Both the position numbers and the translations under genes were made by a program. Positions 9,736-21,345 of a DNA stretch of 64,000 nt are shown one piece after another. The notes below the pieces were generated by a model, which was not told the origin of the DNA, searched no databases, and saw only the letters and a list, made by a program, of their open reading frames with translations. Position 1 is the stretch's first letter. Every line of letters begins with the position of its first letter. Source of the DNA: Lachnospiraceae bacterium (GTDB taxonomy: Bacteria; Bacillota; Clostridia; Lachnospirales; Lachnospiraceae); assembly GCA_017480565.1 (NCBI GenBank), contig JAFVAL010000050.1, positions 22,429-86,428 on the forward strand, in the 5' to 3' direction.

Positions 9736-10524
9736 ATGATTACGAATGCTTCCGGCGCACAGATGAAGCATGTGCGGGATCTTTTGGCGAAAAGTAAATA
9801 TCGTACCGAACAGGGACAGTATGTCGTTGAGGGGATCCGCATGGTGAGGGAACTTATGCCGGAGGACATCATTTCTCTCTATGTCTCTGAGAGCTTTGAA
9901 AAGACCGATCAGATGCAGTCATTATCTGTGCCTGCAGAGCTCGTATCGGATTCTGTGTTTGAAAAGATCAGTGACACGAAGACGCCGCAAGGGGTATTGG
10001 CGGTAGCAAAGCAGAAGCACTGGCAGCTTCAAGATCTCTTGCAAAAAGAGCGTGTGACCCTGTTTTTCCTGGAAAGGCTGCAGGATCCCGGCAATCTGGG
10101 TACCATCATTCGCTGTGCGGAAGGAGCAGGCGTTGATGGGATCATCTTAAGCCCCGGATGTGCGGATGTGTATAATCCGAAGGTGATCCGTTCGACGATG
10201 GGCTCGGTGCTTCGTGTTCCGATCGTTGCCGTAAGTGACTGGGAAGAGACGCTTTGCGAGGCAAAGGCGGCGCAGGTAGAGCTTTTTGCGGCACATTTAC
10301 AAGGAACCTGCGATTATGATCAGGTGGCCTATCCGGCAAAAACGGGTGTCCTGATTGGCAATGAGGCAAATGGTCTTACAGAAGCTACGGCGCACGTGTG
10401 TGATCACCTGGTGAAGATACCGATGGAAGGCAAAGTCGAGTCGCTTAATGCGGCGATCGCCGCGTCGGTGTTTATGTATGAGATCTATCGGCAAAAAAGA
10501 CAGCAAGGAAGGGTGCGGACATGA
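9736..10524 (+). CDS. TrmH/SpoU family RNA 2'-O-methyltransferase
   Basis: DPGNLGTIIR, GNEANGL and SLNAAIA motifs of the SPOUT class. Start set at the first ATG after the upstream stop. Confidence 0.8.
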   Translation: MITNASGAQMKHVRDLLAKSKYRTEQGQYVVEGIRMVRELMPEDIISLYVSESFEKTDQMQSLSVPAELVSDSVFEKISDTKTPQGVLAVAKQKHWQLQDLLQKERVTLFFLERLQDPGNLGTIIRCAEGAGVDGIILSPGCADVYNPKVIRSTMGSVLRVPIVAVSDWEETLCEAKAAQVELFAAHLQGTCDYDQVAYPAKTGVLIGNEANGLTEATAHVCDHLVKIPMEGKVESLNAAIAASVFMYEIYRQKRQQGRVRT

Positions 10525-11462
10525 AGAATGGAATTGTTGTATTTGGCGCGGTTTTTGTAGATATCAAGGGGTATCCGCTGGCACAATATATCCCGGCGGG
10601 GCGCAATGTTGGGCGTGTGCTGCAGGTGCACGGTGGTGTGAGCCGTAATGTTGCAGAGGATATCGCCAATGTTGAGCTTCGGCCGACGTTTGTCAGTGTC
10701 GTAGATGATAGCGGTACCGGCATCGATGTTGTGGAGAAGTTAAAGCGACACCGTGTCAATACCGAGTACATTTTAACCAAACCCGATGGGCTAGGCACCT
10801 GGCTTGCGATTTTTGACAACAACGGGGATGTGATCGCTTCGATTTCGAAGCGGCCGGATCTGTCTGCGATCTCGGATCTTTTAGATGAGAAGGGTGACGA
10901 GATGATTCGCGAAGCGGATAGCGTGGTCATTGAGATCGATATGGACGCTGCGATCGTAAAGAAAGTGTTTGCGCTTGCACAGAAGTATCAAAAAGATGTC
11001 TACGCGGTCGTCTCGAACATGTCCATCGCGATGGAGCGCCGTGATCTGATGAAGCAGACCAGCTGTCTGGTGTGTAACGTCCAGGAAGCAGGGTTATTGT
11101 TCTCGGAAGAGATGGAAGAGATCCCGTTAGAAGATCTTGACGAGCTTTTGCAGAAGAAAGTGTCGCAGGCAAGGATTCCACGCATGGTGGTCACTTTGGG
11201 AGAAAAGGGTGCAATTTATGCGGAGATGGACGGTGAGGTCGGCTATGTACCGCCTCAGAAGGTGGAAGTCGTCGATACGACCGGCTGTGGAGACTCTTTC
11301 TTTGCGGGCGTTGCGATCGGTTTAACCTACGGCAAGACGTTAAAAGAGTCCTGCGAGATCGGTACAAGACTTGCGGCGTCTGTGATTGCGACCAAGGAAA
11401 ATGTGTGTCCGAGATTTTTGCCGGAAGAGTTCGAACTCATTTTGCCGGACGATAAAAAGTAA
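10521..11462 (+). CDS. PfkB-family carbohydrate/nucleoside kinase (pseudouridine-kinase-like)
   Basis: GGVSRNVAEDIA and DTTGCGDSFFAG motifs. ATGA overlap with the preceding gene. Confidence 0.7.
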   Translation: MKNGIVVFGAVFVDIKGYPLAQYIPAGRNVGRVLQVHGGVSRNVAEDIANVELRPTFVSVVDDSGTGIDVVEKLKRHRVNTEYILTKPDGLGTWLAIFDNNGDVIASISKRPDLSAISDLLDEKGDEMIREADSVVIEIDMDAAIVKKVFALAQKYQKDVYAVVSNMSIAMERRDLMKQTSCLVCNVQEAGLLFSEEMEEIPLEDLDELLQKKVSQARIPRMVVTLGEKGAIYAEMDGEVGYVPPQKVEVVDTTGCGDSFFAGVAIGLTYGKTLKESCEIGTRLAASVIATKENVCPRFLPEEFELILPDDKK

Positions 11463-11480
11463 ATGTGTGAGAAATGAACG

Positions 11481-11505
11481 GGGACGAGTCATGATGGCTC
11501 GTCCC
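11481..11505. terminator. Hairpin terminator between convergent genes
   Basis: gggacgag / ctcgtccc 8-bp stem with a 9-nt loop, followed by a T-rich tract. Confidence 0.5.
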
Positions 11506-11525
11506 TATTGTCGTTTAAGATCAAG

Positions 11526-13775
11526 TTATAACGTGGCTTTCTGGCCTTTGGCTGCCCTTGCGCGCATGCGCACTTTCTTACAGCTCAGTTCTTTATCGAG
11601 GTACTTAAAAGTCTCTTGGGTAGGCGGTACAACCGCAGAGAAGACAACCTTATCGTTCTTATCCAGAGAAATGCCTTTGACACCACGGCCGGTCTTTTTC
11701 AGCATGGAAACCTCTGCCACAGGGAAGCCAAGCGACAGACCTTTTTCCGTGTACATGATGACCTTCATGCTCTGTGAGGAGACCTGGGAAGGTGCCAGAA
11801 CGGAGATGCCTACGGCCTTGTCACCGTCCTCCAGTTTTGTCGCGGCGATCATATTGCGGTTGGTCTCAAACTCTGCACCGGAGACCAGCTTCACATAACC
11901 TTTTTCTGTCGCAAAATAGAGCGCGGAATCGAAGATTTTCTCGAAGCAGTCGTAGTAAATGATCGTCTCGCCATCACATTTGCAAAGCGTCTGAATCAGA
12001 GCACCTTTATCACGCACACGGCCTTTCGGGATCTGAGAGGCTTTCACGCGGTAGAGATTGCCTTCCGCCGTGAAGACGCAGAGAACGTCTTCGTTGGTCA
12101 TCGGTACCGCAAAGGTAAAGTCTTTTAGCACGTCCTCCCCGGCTTTGGCAAGAGCCTTGTCCTCAACCGATTTGGTGTAGCCGAAACGGTCGATCAAAAC
12201 GGTGATATTTTCCACGACCTTCTCTTCGACGTAGTTGCCAGCTTCCACGTGCGCAATCTCGGTCTTTCTTGGGGTAGCGAAGCGCTTTTTGTACTCTTTT
12301 AAGCGGTTTTTGATGACTTTAAAGAGTTCTCTAGGATTCCCTAATACATTCTGGTACTCCGTGATGCGCTCCTTCAAAGAATCAGCTTCTTCGTTGAGCT
12401 TTAAGATCTCCAGACCGATTAAGCGGGAGAGCTGCATCGCTAGGATCGCGTCTGCCTGCGCTTCCGTAAAATCAAGCGTTGCGGCTTCTTTCTTCGAAGC
12501 TTCTGACTTAAACTTGATATCTGTGATGTCACCATGTGTCAGGCAAGCCTTAGCCTGCTTGACGGAGGTGGATCCGCGCAGGATCTCAATGATCAAATCG
12601 ATGATATCGGTCGCCCGGATCAAACCTGTGACGACTTCCTGACGATTTAAGGCACGGTCTAAAAGATACTGGTATTCCTTGGTGTAGAGCTCTTCCTGGA
12701 AGAGCAAAAACTCCTCCAAATACTGCTTTAATCCAAACTGCAGCGGCTGTTTATCCTTGACCGCGAGACAGTTGACGGAGTACGTATCCTCCATCGGTGT
12801 CTTTTTATAAAGACCGTTTAAGAGGTTGTCGATGTCGCGGTCTTTCTTGACTTCGATCACGACGCGGATACCTTCCTTGGAGGATTCGTCGCGCACGTCG
12901 TAGATCTCATCAAAGACCTTGTCGCGCATCAGCTGCACGAGGCTTTCCACCAGCTTTGTCTTGTTGCCGGAAACGGTGTAAGGAATCTCCGTAATCACGA
13001 TATTCTTGCGGCCGGCATCGGACTTTTCAATCTCGACCTTCGCACGTATGCGGATACGGCCTTCGCCCGTCTCATAAATGGAGAGGAGGTCTTCTTCATT
13101 GGCGATGATGCCTCCGGTCGGAAAATCTGGGCCTGGAAGGATCTCCATCAGCTTTTCGGTGGAAATGTTCGGGCGATCCATGTAGGCGATCGCAGCATCG
13201 ATGACTTCGCCGAAGTTGTGAGGAGGAATGTTGGTCGCCATACCGACGGCGATACCGGTGGTTCCGTTGATGAGAAGATGTGGGATCATGGCCGGCAGAA
13301 CGACCGGCTCCTTTTCACTCTCATCAAAGTTAGGCATGAAATCCACAAGCCCTTTGTTCAGATTCTCAAGAAGCGTCATGGAAACAGGAGAGAGCCGTGC
13401 TTCCGTGTAACGCATTGCCGCAGCACCATCACCGTCGATGGAACCGAAGTTACCGTGGCCGTCGACCAAAGGCGCGGAGAGGGAGAAATCCTCAGACATG
13501 TGTACGAGCGCATCATAGATGGAACTGTCACCGTGCGGGTGATATTTACCCATCGTATCACCGACAATACGTGCACTCTTTCTGTGCGGCTTATCGGGAG
13601 AGAGTCCCAGCTCACTCATCGAATATAAGATTCTTCTTTGTACCGGTTTTAAGCCGTCCCGAATGTCCGGCAGGGCTCTTGCAATGATGACACTCATCGC
13701 ATAATCACGGTAGGAGTTTTTCATTTCCTCCGAAAAATCCAGTTGTATGATTGTATCTGCATCATTTCTAGCCAT
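11526..13775 (-). CDS. parC: Type IIA topoisomerase subunit A, ParC-like (topoisomerase IV)
   Basis: Has [22 protein letters not shown] and the active-site AAMRYTE region. It is 749 aa and I could not find a GyrA-box, which favours ParC over GyrA. Confidence 0.75.
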   Translation of the reverse strand: MARNDADTIIQLDFSEEMKNSYRDYAMSVIIARALPDIRDGLKPVQRRILYSMSELGLSPDKPHRKSARIVGDTMGKYHPHGDSSIYDALVHMSEDFSLSAPLVDGHGNFGSIDGDGAAAMRYTEARLSPVSMTLLENLNKGLVDFMPNFDESEKEPVVLPAMIPHLLINGTTGIAVGMATNIPPHNFGEVIDAAIAYMDRPNISTEKLMEILPGPDFPTGGIIANEEDLLSIYETGEGRIRIRAKVEIEKSDAGRKNIVITEIPYTVSGNKTKLVESLVQLMRDKVFDEIYDVRDESSKEGIRVVIEVKKDRDIDNLLNGLYKKTPMEDTYSVNCLAVKDKQPLQFGLKQYLEEFLLFQEELYTKEYQYLLDRALNRQEVVTGLIRATDIIDLIIEILRGSTSVKQAKACLTHGDITDIKFKSEASKKEAATLDFTEAQADAILAMQLSRLIGLEILKLNEEADSLKERITEYQNVLGNPRELFKVIKNRLKEYKKRFATPRKTEIAHVEAGNYVEEKVVENITVLIDRFGYTKSVEDKALAKAGEDVLKDFTFAVPMTNEDVLCVFTAEGNLYRVKASQIPKGRVRDKGALIQTLCKCDGETIIYYDCFEKIFDSALYFATEKGYVKLVSGAEFETNRNMIAATKLEDGDKAVGISVLAPSQVSSQSMKVIMYTEKGLSLGFPVAEVSMLKKTGRGVKGISLDKNDKVVFSAVVPPTQETFKYLDKELSCKKVRMRARAAKGQKATL

Positions 13776-13789
13776 AGATTCTTCGTCCT

Positions 13790-15724
13790 TTAGATATCAA
13801 TCTTCGCGTATTTGGCTTCTTCGACAATAAACGAGCGGCGGGGCGCAACCTCACTGCCCATCAGGATGGTCGTGATCTCATCCGCCTCCACGGTGTCGGA
13901 GATCGTAACTTGTGCCAAAGTCCTCTGCTCAGGGTCTAACGTGGTTTCCCAGAGCTGTTCCGCATCCATCTCTCCCAGACCTTTGTAGCGCTGAACGCTT
14001 AAGATCTTAACGCCTTCTTCCCCACGGAACTGTTCCAGCGCAAAGTCGTTGAAGAGATAGCGGTGTTCTTTCTTTTTCTTGCCTTTTACCGTGATCTCGT
14101 ACTCCGCGCGGTAGAGCGGCGGAAGACCGCGGTAAACCTTGCCTTCTTTGATCAGTTCCGGCATGAAGCGGTAGAAGAAGGTGAGTAAAAGTGTACTGAT
14201 ATGCGCGCCGTCAACGTCCGCATCGGTTAAGATGATGATCTTGTTGTAGCGCAGTTTCTTGATATCGAAATCATCCCCGATACCGCAGCCGAAGGAAGCG
14301 ATCATGGTCTTGATCTCGTTGTTGGTTAAAATGCGGTCGAGCGTTGCCTTCTCGACATTTAAAATCTTACCGCGCAGCGGCAGAACAGCCTGCGTACGGC
14401 GGTTTCTGGCCGTTTTTACGGTGCCGCCGGCCGAATCGCCCTCGACGATATAAACCTCGCATTCTTCGGGCTTTTTTGACGTGCATGAGGCAAGTTTTGA
14501 GCGGGTATCGACGTCATTTAACTGCTTGAGCACGGAATTGCGGGCTTTGTCCGCCGCACTTCTTGCATTGTAGGAACGCATACAGTTGTCGAGAATGCTC
14601 TTTAAAATTGTGACATTTTTATCGAAATAAAGCGTTGCCTTCGCCATGAAGACGTCTTCGACAGCCATCTTCGCATCGGTATTGCCAAGTTTTGTCTTGG
14701 TCTGACCTTCAAACTGTGGATCCGGGTGCTTGATGGAAATGATCGCGACGAGGCCGGTACGAATGTCACGCCCGTCGAAATTCTCCATCTTATCCTTTAA
14801 CACACCAAGCTCTCTGGCATACTGGTTCATAATACGGGTCAGGCCGCTCTTAAAACCGGTGACCAGCGTACCGCCATCGACGACATTGATGCGGTTGCAG
14901 TAGGAGTTGATCTGCTCATTAAACTCCTTGGTATACTGAAAAGCGATCTCTACCTCAATATCACCGCTGGTGCCTTCCACGTAGATCGGATCGTTGTGCA
15001 GTGTTACAAGATCGCGGGTCAGGTAGCGGACGAAGCTTAAGATGCCTTCTTCTTCGCAGTATTCGACCTCTTCCTTGGCGATCTCGTCTTTAAAAATCAG
15101 CTTCAAGCCTTTGTTTAAGAAAGCGACTTCCTGCAGCTTTTTCTTGATCGTATCAGCTTTAAATTCCACGGTCTCAAAGATTGTCTTATCCGGATAGAAG
15201 GTAACCTTGGTGCCGGTCTCGGACTTCTTACAAGTCCCAACCACAGGCAAAAGACCGCTCTTATCCAGCTTTGTGACAGGCTTGCCGCCGTTCTTATATT
15301 CATCTCGGTAAATGTTGCCGCCACGCTTTACTTCGACGATCATCGAAGAGGAGAGCGCATTGACGACGGAAGCGCCGACACCGTGCAGACCGCCGGAGAC
15401 TTTATAAACCGTGTTGTCGAACTTACCGCCCGCGTGCAACACCGTGTAGACGACACGCACGGTCGGAATCTTCTGTGTCGGGTGAATGTCCACGGGGACA
15501 CCGCGCCCGTTATCTTCAATCGTGATCCCGCCGTCTTTCCTGAGCGTAATCACAATCTCTGTACAATATCCAGCCAGATGTTCATCGATACCATTGTCCA
15601 GGATCTCCCAGATCAGATGGTGCAGACCGCGCTTGCCAGTGCTTCCGATGTACATACCCGGACGCTTACGGACGGCTTCGAGTCCCTCGAGAACCACAAT
15701 CTGACTTCCACTATAACCTGCCAT
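13790..15724 (-). CDS. parE: Type IIA topoisomerase subunit B, ParE-like (topoisomerase IV)
   Basis: [21 protein letters not shown], the EGDSAGG Toprim motif and PLRGKILNV. Start at the ATG preceded by GGGAGG. The track's 15 extra codons lack an RBS. Confidence 0.75.
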   Translation of the reverse strand: MAGYSGSQIVVLEGLEAVRKRPGMYIGSTGKRGLHHLIWEILDNGIDEHLAGYCTEIVITLRKDGGITIEDNGRGVPVDIHPTQKIPTVRVVYTVLHAGGKFDNTVYKVSGGLHGVGASVVNALSSSMIVEVKRGGNIYRDEYKNGGKPVTKLDKSGLLPVVGTCKKSETGTKVTFYPDKTIFETVEFKADTIKKKLQEVAFLNKGLKLIFKDEIAKEEVEYCEEEGILSFVRYLTRDLVTLHNDPIYVEGTSGDIEVEIAFQYTKEFNEQINSYCNRINVVDGGTLVTGFKSGLTRIMNQYARELGVLKDKMENFDGRDIRTGLVAIISIKHPDPQFEGQTKTKLGNTDAKMAVEDVFMAKATLYFDKNVTILKSILDNCMRSYNARSAADKARNSVLKQLNDVDTRSKLASCTSKKPEECEVYIVEGDSAGGTVKTARNRRTQAVLPLRGKILNVEKATLDRILTNNEIKTMIASFGCGIGDDFDIKKLRYNKIIILTDADVDGAHISTLLLTFFYRFMPELIKEGKVYRGLPPLYRAEYEITVKGKKKKEHRYLFNDFALEQFRGEEGVKILSVQRYKGLGEMDAEQLWETTLDPEQRTLAQVTISDTVEADEITTILMGSEVAPRRSFIVEEAKYAKIDI

Positions 15725-15920
15725 ATATGAAACCTCCCTAACAGGAATTCTTAGTTGCATAAATCCCAATAATCCTTAAAATTATACCATATCTTGTGCC
15801 TGAGAGGCAAGTGTTTCTTCTATCTATTGTTGTATGGCAAATGGGAGAACTTCTTGTCATTTTTGCGCAAATGAGCTATACTTTTGTCAGTTGTTGATGT
15901 GCAATCTCGATAGGGGGAAG

Positions 15921-17195
15921 ATGATGGGGGATAAAAAGTCCATTTTAAGCAAGGAACAGGCACTGGCCATCAGAGAACAATTTCCGACGCCTTTTTACAT
16001 TTACGATGAGAAGGCAATCCGGGAGAATGCGAGAAGGTTAAGGGAGGCATTTGCCTGGAATCCTGGATTTAAAGAGTTTTTTGCTGTGAAGGCAACGCCG
16101 AATCCATTTTTATTAAAGATTTTGAAGGAAGAAGGCTGCGGGACGGACTGTTCCTCGATGACGGAACTGATGCTCTCACAGGCGCTTGGCTTTGGCGAGG
16201 GAGAGATCATGTTTTCCTCGAACGATACGCCGCCGGAGGAGTTTGCAAAGGCGAGAGAGGTGCAGGCGATCATCAATCTCGACGATCTGACGCATGTGGA
16301 GTGCCTTGCGCAGGCAGCAGGTGTGCCAGAGATTGTTTGCTGCCGGTACAACCCGGGCGGAGACTTCTCAATCAGCAATAACATCATGGATCATCCGGGA
16401 GATGCAAAGTACGGGATGACCAAGGCGCAGATAAAGGAAGCTTATCGGAAGCTGATGACCCTTGGGGCAAAGGAGTTTGGCATTCACTCCTTCCTGGCCA
16501 GCAATACCGTGACAAACGCGTATTATCCGGCGCTTGCGAGGATCTTGTTTGAGCTCGCGGTGGAGCTTAAGGAAGAAACCGGGGCAGAGATCCGGTTTAT
16601 CAATCTTTCCGGTGGTGTCGGGATCGCTTACCGGCCGGATCAGCCGGAGAATGATATCGACGAGATCGGTGAGGGTGTGCGAAAGGCCTATGAAGAGGTT
16701 TTGGTGCCTGCTGGCATGGGAAATGTGGCGATCTATACAGAGCTTGGACGGTTTATGTTAGCGCCTTATGGGCAGCTTGTGACCACCGCAATCCATGAAA
16801 AGCACATTTACAAAGAATATATTGGTGTGGATGCCTGCGCGGTGAACCTGATGCGCCCTGCAATGTACGGCGCGTATCACCACATTACGGTGCTCGGCAA
16901 GGAAAATGCGCCGCACGACCACGTCTATGATGTGACCGGATCGCTTTGCGAGAACAACGATAAGTTTGCGATCGACCGTGCTCTGCCGGAGATTGCGATG
17001 GGTGATCTTTTAGTCATCCACGATGCCGGTGCGCACGGCTATGCGATGGGCTATAATTACAACGGCAAATTAAAATGTGCAGAACTTTTGTTAAAAGAGG
17101 ACGGAAGTGTGCAGATGATTCGCCGCGCCGAGACGCCGAAGGATTATTTTGCAACATTTGATTTCTGCGACATTTTAAAGGATATGAAGTATTGA
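15921..17195 (+). CDS. lysA: Diaminopimelate decarboxylase family (PLP, Orn/DAP/Arg decarboxylase fold III)
   Basis: FAVKATPNP PLP-lysine region, the GGVGIAY motif and the CENNDKF substrate motif. Start at the ATG after AGGGGGA. Confidence 0.7.
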   Translation: MMGDKKSILSKEQALAIREQFPTPFYIYDEKAIRENARRLREAFAWNPGFKEFFAVKATPNPFLLKILKEEGCGTDCSSMTELMLSQALGFGEGEIMFSSNDTPPEEFAKAREVQAIINLDDLTHVECLAQAAGVPEIVCCRYNPGGDFSISNNIMDHPGDAKYGMTKAQIKEAYRKLMTLGAKEFGIHSFLASNTVTNAYYPALARILFELAVELKEETGAEIRFINLSGGVGIAYRPDQPENDIDEIGEGVRKAYEEVLVPAGMGNVAIYTELGRFMLAPYGQLVTTAIHEKHIYKEYIGVDACAVNLMRPAMYGAYHHITVLGKENAPHDHVYDVTGSLCENNDKFAIDRALPEIAMGDLLVIHDAGAHGYAMGYNYNGKLKCAELLLKEDGSVQMIRRAETPKDYFATFDFCDILKDMKY

Positions 17196-17221
17196 GATGA
17201 TTTTCATCAGAAAGGATTCCT

Positions 17222-19144
17222 ATGAAACATGGTTTTGTCAAAGTCAGTGCAGTGACGCCGGATCTGCGGGTCGCCGATACCATTTATAACACGGAGCAGA
17301 TTATCACTGGGATGAAGGCTTGTGCAGCGAAGAAGAGCAAATTGGCGGTCTTCCCGGAGCTTTCGATTACCGGATATACGTGCGGGGATTTGTTCTTGCA
17401 GCAGCCCCTCTTAAACGGAGCGTTAGAAGGTCTTGCTAAGATCTGCGAAGCCTCAGCGAAGATGGATCTGCTGACCGTTGTGGGCCTGCCCGTGGTGGTG
17501 AATCACAAGCTTTATAACTGTGCGGCGTTTGTGAAGGACGGTTCTTTGCTGGGCCTGGTGCCAAAGACCTGCATTCCAAATTACTCGGAATTTTATGAAG
17601 CGAGACATTTTACGACCGGACCGAAGGTGGCAGAGTTTGTCGAGATTGCTGGGATGAACGTGCCTTTTGGGACGAATCTGTTATTCGCCTGCATGGAGAT
17701 GCCGGAGTTTGTTGTCGCGGCTGAAATCTGTGAGGATCTGTGGGTGATCACGCCTCCGTCCGCGTCACATGCGAAAGCTGGCGCAACCGTGATCGTCAAT
17801 CTTTCCGCAAGCGATGAGGTGAGCGGCAAGAGAGCGTACCGCAGGGAGCTCATTAAGGGGCAGTCTGCAAGACTGGTTTGCGGATACATTTACAGCGACG
17901 CGGGAGAGGGCGAGTCTACGACTGACCTGGTCTTTGCCGGACACGATATCATCGCGGAGAACGGGACGATCCTTGCAGAAAGCTTGACCAGAGAAAATGG
18001 AATCTATACGACAGAGTTCGACTTGGATAAGATTTGCTCCGAGCGCAGAAGAATGACCACATACGAACAGTGCGAAAGTATGGATTATGTGACTGTGAAT
18101 TTTTCTACAACTGTAGAAGAGGCGACTTTGACAAGGCATTATGCTTCGACACCGTTCGTACCGAAGAACGATGCAGAGAGAAGCGAGCGCTGTGAGGAGA
18201 TCATCGGGATCCAGGCGCTTGGCTTGAAAAAGAGAATCAAGCACATCAACGCGAAGACCGCAGTCATCGGGATCTCCGGCGGCTTGGATTCGACCCTTGC
18301 TTTACTGATCACGGTGCGCGCCTTTGATCTTCTGGGACTTCCGAGAGAAGGCGTGATCGGCGTTACGATGCCTTGCTACGGCACGACGGATCGCACATAC
18401 AACAATGCGTTGTCTTTGATGAGAGCCTTAAAGATCACGGTGAAAGAGATCCCGATTCGTGACGCGGTGACGGTACATTTGCGTGACATTGAGCACGATA
18501 TCGATAACCACAATGTGACTTATGAAAATGCACAGGCGCGTGAGAGAACGCAGGTGCTGATGGATCTGGCAAATGATGTGAATGGCCTGGTGGTTGGTAC
18601 CGGAGACTTGTCTGAACTTGCACTTGGCTGGGCGACGTATAATGGTGATCACATGTCCATGTACGGTGTCAACGGCTCGATTCCGAAGACACTTGTGAGA
18701 TATCTGGTGAAGTATTTTGCGGACGAGACCAACGATGAGATTCTAAGGAACACGCTTTATGACGTGCTCGACACACCGGTGAGCCCGGAGCTTCTTCCGG
18801 CGGAGGATGGCAAGATCTCGCAGAAGACCGAGGATATCGTTGGGCCTTATGAGTTACATGATTTCTTCTTGTATCATATGATGCGTTTCGGTTACATGCC
18901 TTCGAAGATTTATCGGCTGGCAAAGTATGCATTTGCCGGAGAATATGACGACGTTACGATCTTAAAATGGCTGAGAACCTTCTACTGGAGATTTTTCTCG
19001 CAGCAATTTAAGCGTTCTTGTCTGCCGGACGGTCCGAAGGTCGGCAGCGTTGCTCTTTCTCCGCGCGGCGACTGGAGAATGCCGAGCGATGCCTGTGTCG
19101 CCTTATGGAAAAATGATCTTGAAGCTTGCGAGGAAACGTGCTAG
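17222..19144 (+). CDS. nadE: Glutamine-dependent NAD+ synthetase
   Basis: 640 aa. N-terminal nitrilase-type domain (FPEL, AAEICEDLW) plus a C-terminal N-type ATP-PPase domain (ISGGLDST). Confidence 0.9.
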   Translation: MKHGFVKVSAVTPDLRVADTIYNTEQIITGMKACAAKKSKLAVFPELSITGYTCGDLFLQQPLLNGALEGLAKICEASAKMDLLTVVGLPVVVNHKLYNCAAFVKDGSLLGLVPKTCIPNYSEFYEARHFTTGPKVAEFVEIAGMNVPFGTNLLFACMEMPEFVVAAEICEDLWVITPPSASHAKAGATVIVNLSASDEVSGKRAYRRELIKGQSARLVCGYIYSDAGEGESTTDLVFAGHDIIAENGTILAESLTRENGIYTTEFDLDKICSERRRMTTYEQCESMDYVTVNFSTTVEEATLTRHYASTPFVPKNDAERSERCEEIIGIQALGLKKRIKHINAKTAVIGISGGLDSTLALLITVRAFDLLGLPREGVIGVTMPCYGTTDRTYNNALSLMRALKITVKEIPIRDAVTVHLRDIEHDIDNHNVTYENAQARERTQVLMDLANDVNGLVVGTGDLSELALGWATYNGDHMSMYGVNGSIPKTLVRYLVKYFADETNDEILRNTLYDVLDTPVSPELLPAEDGKISQKTEDIVGPYELHDFFLYHMMRFGYMPSKIYRLAKYAFAGEYDDVTILKWLRTFYWRFFSQQFKRSCLPDGPKVGSVALSPRGDWRMPSDACVALWKNDLEACEETC

Positions 19145-19189
19145 AATTCCTTTTTGTATGATATTAACCTGACTGAGGGAGAGAAAGCA

Positions 19190-20086
19190 ATGGCCTTTAC
19201 GATTATCACTGATTCTGCGACGGACATGTGTCCGGAGATTATCGAAGAGTTTCATTTACATGTGATTCCGACACCGGTCGTCATCGACGGTAAGGATTAT
19301 TTTGACGGGGAGACGATCCATCCGAAAGAGTTCTACGAGATGCTCCGCAGCAATCAGCATGAGATCTCTACATATCATATCAATGAGGATATGTTCTATC
19401 ATCATTTTGAGCCGTATGCAAAACGCGGGGAAGAAGTGGTGTATGTCTGCTTTTCTACAGGCATTGCAGGTACCTTTAATGCGGCGAATCTGGCGAAGCG
19501 TGATCTGCTTGAGAAGTATCCGGATTTTGATATCACGATCATTGATGGCAAGTGTGCTTCCATGGGCTTCGGCCTTGTCGTATACCTGGCGCTTTTGATG
19601 CAGAAAAATGGTGCAGATAAGCAGACGGTCATTGACGCGATCGAGTTCCATAAGGATCATATGGAGCACATTTTTACGGTGGAGACATTGACCTACCTGC
19701 TGCGCGGCGGACGCATCAGCAAGACCGCGGCGATCGCAGGCGGACTGCTTGATATCAAGCCGATGATCGAAGTCAATGATGACGGAGCTTTAGTTTCTTT
19801 TGAAAAGGTGCGTGGCCGCAAGAAGTCTCTGCAGAGACTGATTGATCTCGTCGGGGAGCGCGGCAACGACATTGAGAATCAGGTGATCGCGCTTGTGCAC
19901 GGTGACTGTGAAGAGACGATGCTCGAGGTCAAAGAAGAGATCGAGCGAAGATATCATCCGAAGGAGATTAAGACCAATTATGTCGGATGTGCAATCGGTG
20001 CGCATACAGGGCCTGGCATTATCGCTGTGATTTTCCTTGATCAGGAAAGTCCGTATAAAAAGTGGTTCATCAATGATATCGGGTAA
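19190..20086 (+). CDS. DegV family fatty-acid-binding protein
   Basis: FTIITDSATDM start and LRGGRISK motif. Start at the ATG after GAGGGAGAG. Confidence 0.85.
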   Translation: MAFTIITDSATDMCPEIIEEFHLHVIPTPVVIDGKDYFDGETIHPKEFYEMLRSNQHEISTYHINEDMFYHHFEPYAKRGEEVVYVCFSTGIAGTFNAANLAKRDLLEKYPDFDITIIDGKCASMGFGLVVYLALLMQKNGADKQTVIDAIEFHKDHMEHIFTVETLTYLLRGGRISKTAAIAGGLLDIKPMIEVNDDGALVSFEKVRGRKKSLQRLIDLVGERGNDIENQVIALVHGDCEETMLEVKEEIERRYHPKEIKTNYVGCAIGAHTGPGIIAVIFLDQESPYKKWFINDIG

Positions 20087-20113
20087 ATGAAATCTGTATA
20101 AAAGACTGATAGG

Positions 20114-20140
20114 AAACGCCTCTTTGGAGGCGTTTTTCTT
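20114..20140 (+). terminator. Rho-independent terminator after degV
   Basis: aaacgcctc / gaggcgttt stem with a tttg loop and a T-run. Confidence 0.6.
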
Positions 20141-20210
20141 GTCTTGACAGAGAAGGTTACCAGGCGGTAAGATGAGTGTTAGTGATGTCAGGAAAGATGA
20201 ATAAAGAAAT

Positions 20211-20224
20211 AGAACATTTGTTCT
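20211..20224. promoter_or_regulatory. LexA (Cheo/SOS) box 1 upstream of recA
   Basis: AGAACATTTGTTCT matches the Firmicute GAAC-N4-GTTC palindrome. Confidence 0.65.
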
Positions 20225-20233
20225 GATTTGGTA

Positions 20234-20262
20234 TTGACAAAGGGAGAATTGTTTAGTAGAAT
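20234..20262 (+). promoter_or_regulatory. recA sigma-A promoter
   Basis: TTGACA, 17 nt, TAGAAT. Flanked by the two GAAC-N4-GTTC boxes. Confidence 0.6.
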
Positions 20263-20268
20263 CATATC

Positions 20269-20282
20269 AGAACATAAGTTCG
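20269..20282. promoter_or_regulatory. LexA (Cheo/SOS) box 2 upstream of recA
   Basis: AGAACATAAGTTCG, located immediately downstream of the -10. Confidence 0.65.
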
Positions 20283-20316
20283 ATCTAGAATTTTGGATAG
20301 AATCGGAGGATGAATC

Positions 20317-21342
20317 ATGATCAATGATGTGAATAAACAGAAGGCGTTGGAGTCCGCACTTGCACAGATTGAGAAGCAGTACGGCAAGGGCTCTGTGATG
20401 CGTCTTGGAGATAACGGAGCGAATATTAACGTAGAGACAGTGCCGACCGGATGCTTAAGTCTGGATATCGCTCTTGGCCTTGGCGGCGTGCCGAAGGGGA
20501 GAATCTTAGAGATCTACGGACCTGAGTCCAGTGGTAAGACGACCGTAGCGCTGCACATGGTTGCAGAAGTGCAGAAGCGCGGCGGTATTGCGGGCTTTAT
20601 CGATGCAGAGCATGCCTTAGATCCGGTTTATGCGAAGAACATCGGTGTAGATATCGACGAGTTATATATCTCTCAGCCGGACAATGGAGAACAGGCACTG
20701 GAGATCACAGAGACGATGGTGCGTTCCGGTGCGGTCGACATTATCATCGTCGACTCTGTCGCAGCGCTGGTGCCGAGAGCGGAGATTGAAGGCGATATGG
20801 GCGATGCTCATGTCGGTCAGCAGGCCAGACTGATGTCCCAGGCGCTTCGTAAGTTAACAGCTGTCATCAGCAAGTCCAACTGTATTGTCGTCTTCATTAA
20901 CCAGCTGCGCGAGAAGATCGGTATCATGTTCGGCAACCCGGAGACCACAACCGGCGGACGTGCACTGAAGTTTTACTCTTCGATCCGTATGGACGTGCGC
21001 AGGATTGAGTCGTTAAAGCAGAGCGGTGAGGTGATCGGTAACCGCACCAGAGTGAAGGTTGTAAAGAACAAGGTAGCGCCGCCTTTTAAGGAGGCAGAGT
21101 TTGATATCATGTTCGGTAAGGGAATCTCCAGAGAAGGAGATGTTCTGGATCTTGCTGCAGCGAACAACATCATCGTCAAGAGTGGTGCCTGGTACGCGTA
21201 TAAGGGCGAGAAGATCGGCCAGGGCAGAGAGAATGCGAAGATGTATCTGAAGGATCATCCGGACGTGTTTGCCGAAGTGGAAGAACTGGTTCGCGAGAAG
21301 TATTTCGGTACGCCGAAGGAAGAGAGCGAAGAACAGGAGTAA
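20317..21342 (+). CDS. recA: Recombinase RecA
   Basis: Walker [10 protein letters not shown], plus [13 protein letters not shown] and [10 protein letters not shown]. Unmistakable RecA. Confidence 0.97.
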   Translation: MINDVNKQKALESALAQIEKQYGKGSVMRLGDNGANINVETVPTGCLSLDIALGLGGVPKGRILEIYGPESSGKTTVALHMVAEVQKRGGIAGFIDAEHALDPVYAKNIGVDIDELYISQPDNGEQALEITETMVRSGAVDIIIVDSVAALVPRAEIEGDMGDAHVGQQARLMSQALRKLTAVISKSNCIVVFINQLREKIGIMFGNPETTTGGRALKFYSSIRMDVRRIESLKQSGEVIGNRTRVKVVKNKVAPPFKEAEFDIMFGKGISREGDVLDLAAANNIIVKSGAWYAYKGEKIGQGRENAKMYLKDHPDVFAEVEELVREKYFGTPKEESEEQE

Positions 21343-21345
21343 TGG

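Noticed and set aside
11386-11898. 170-aa plus-strand ORF spanning the kinase/parC intergenic terminator and the parC 3' end
   Set aside because: It crosses the hairpin terminator at 11481-11505 and is antisense to conserved ParC C-terminal blades. It has no RBS.
15725-15920. Lysine riboswitch (L-box) upstream of the lysA-like gene
   Set aside because: The divergent intergenic region is only ~195 nt and has to hold two promoters. I could not find the conserved L-box helices or the AGAGGNGC core.
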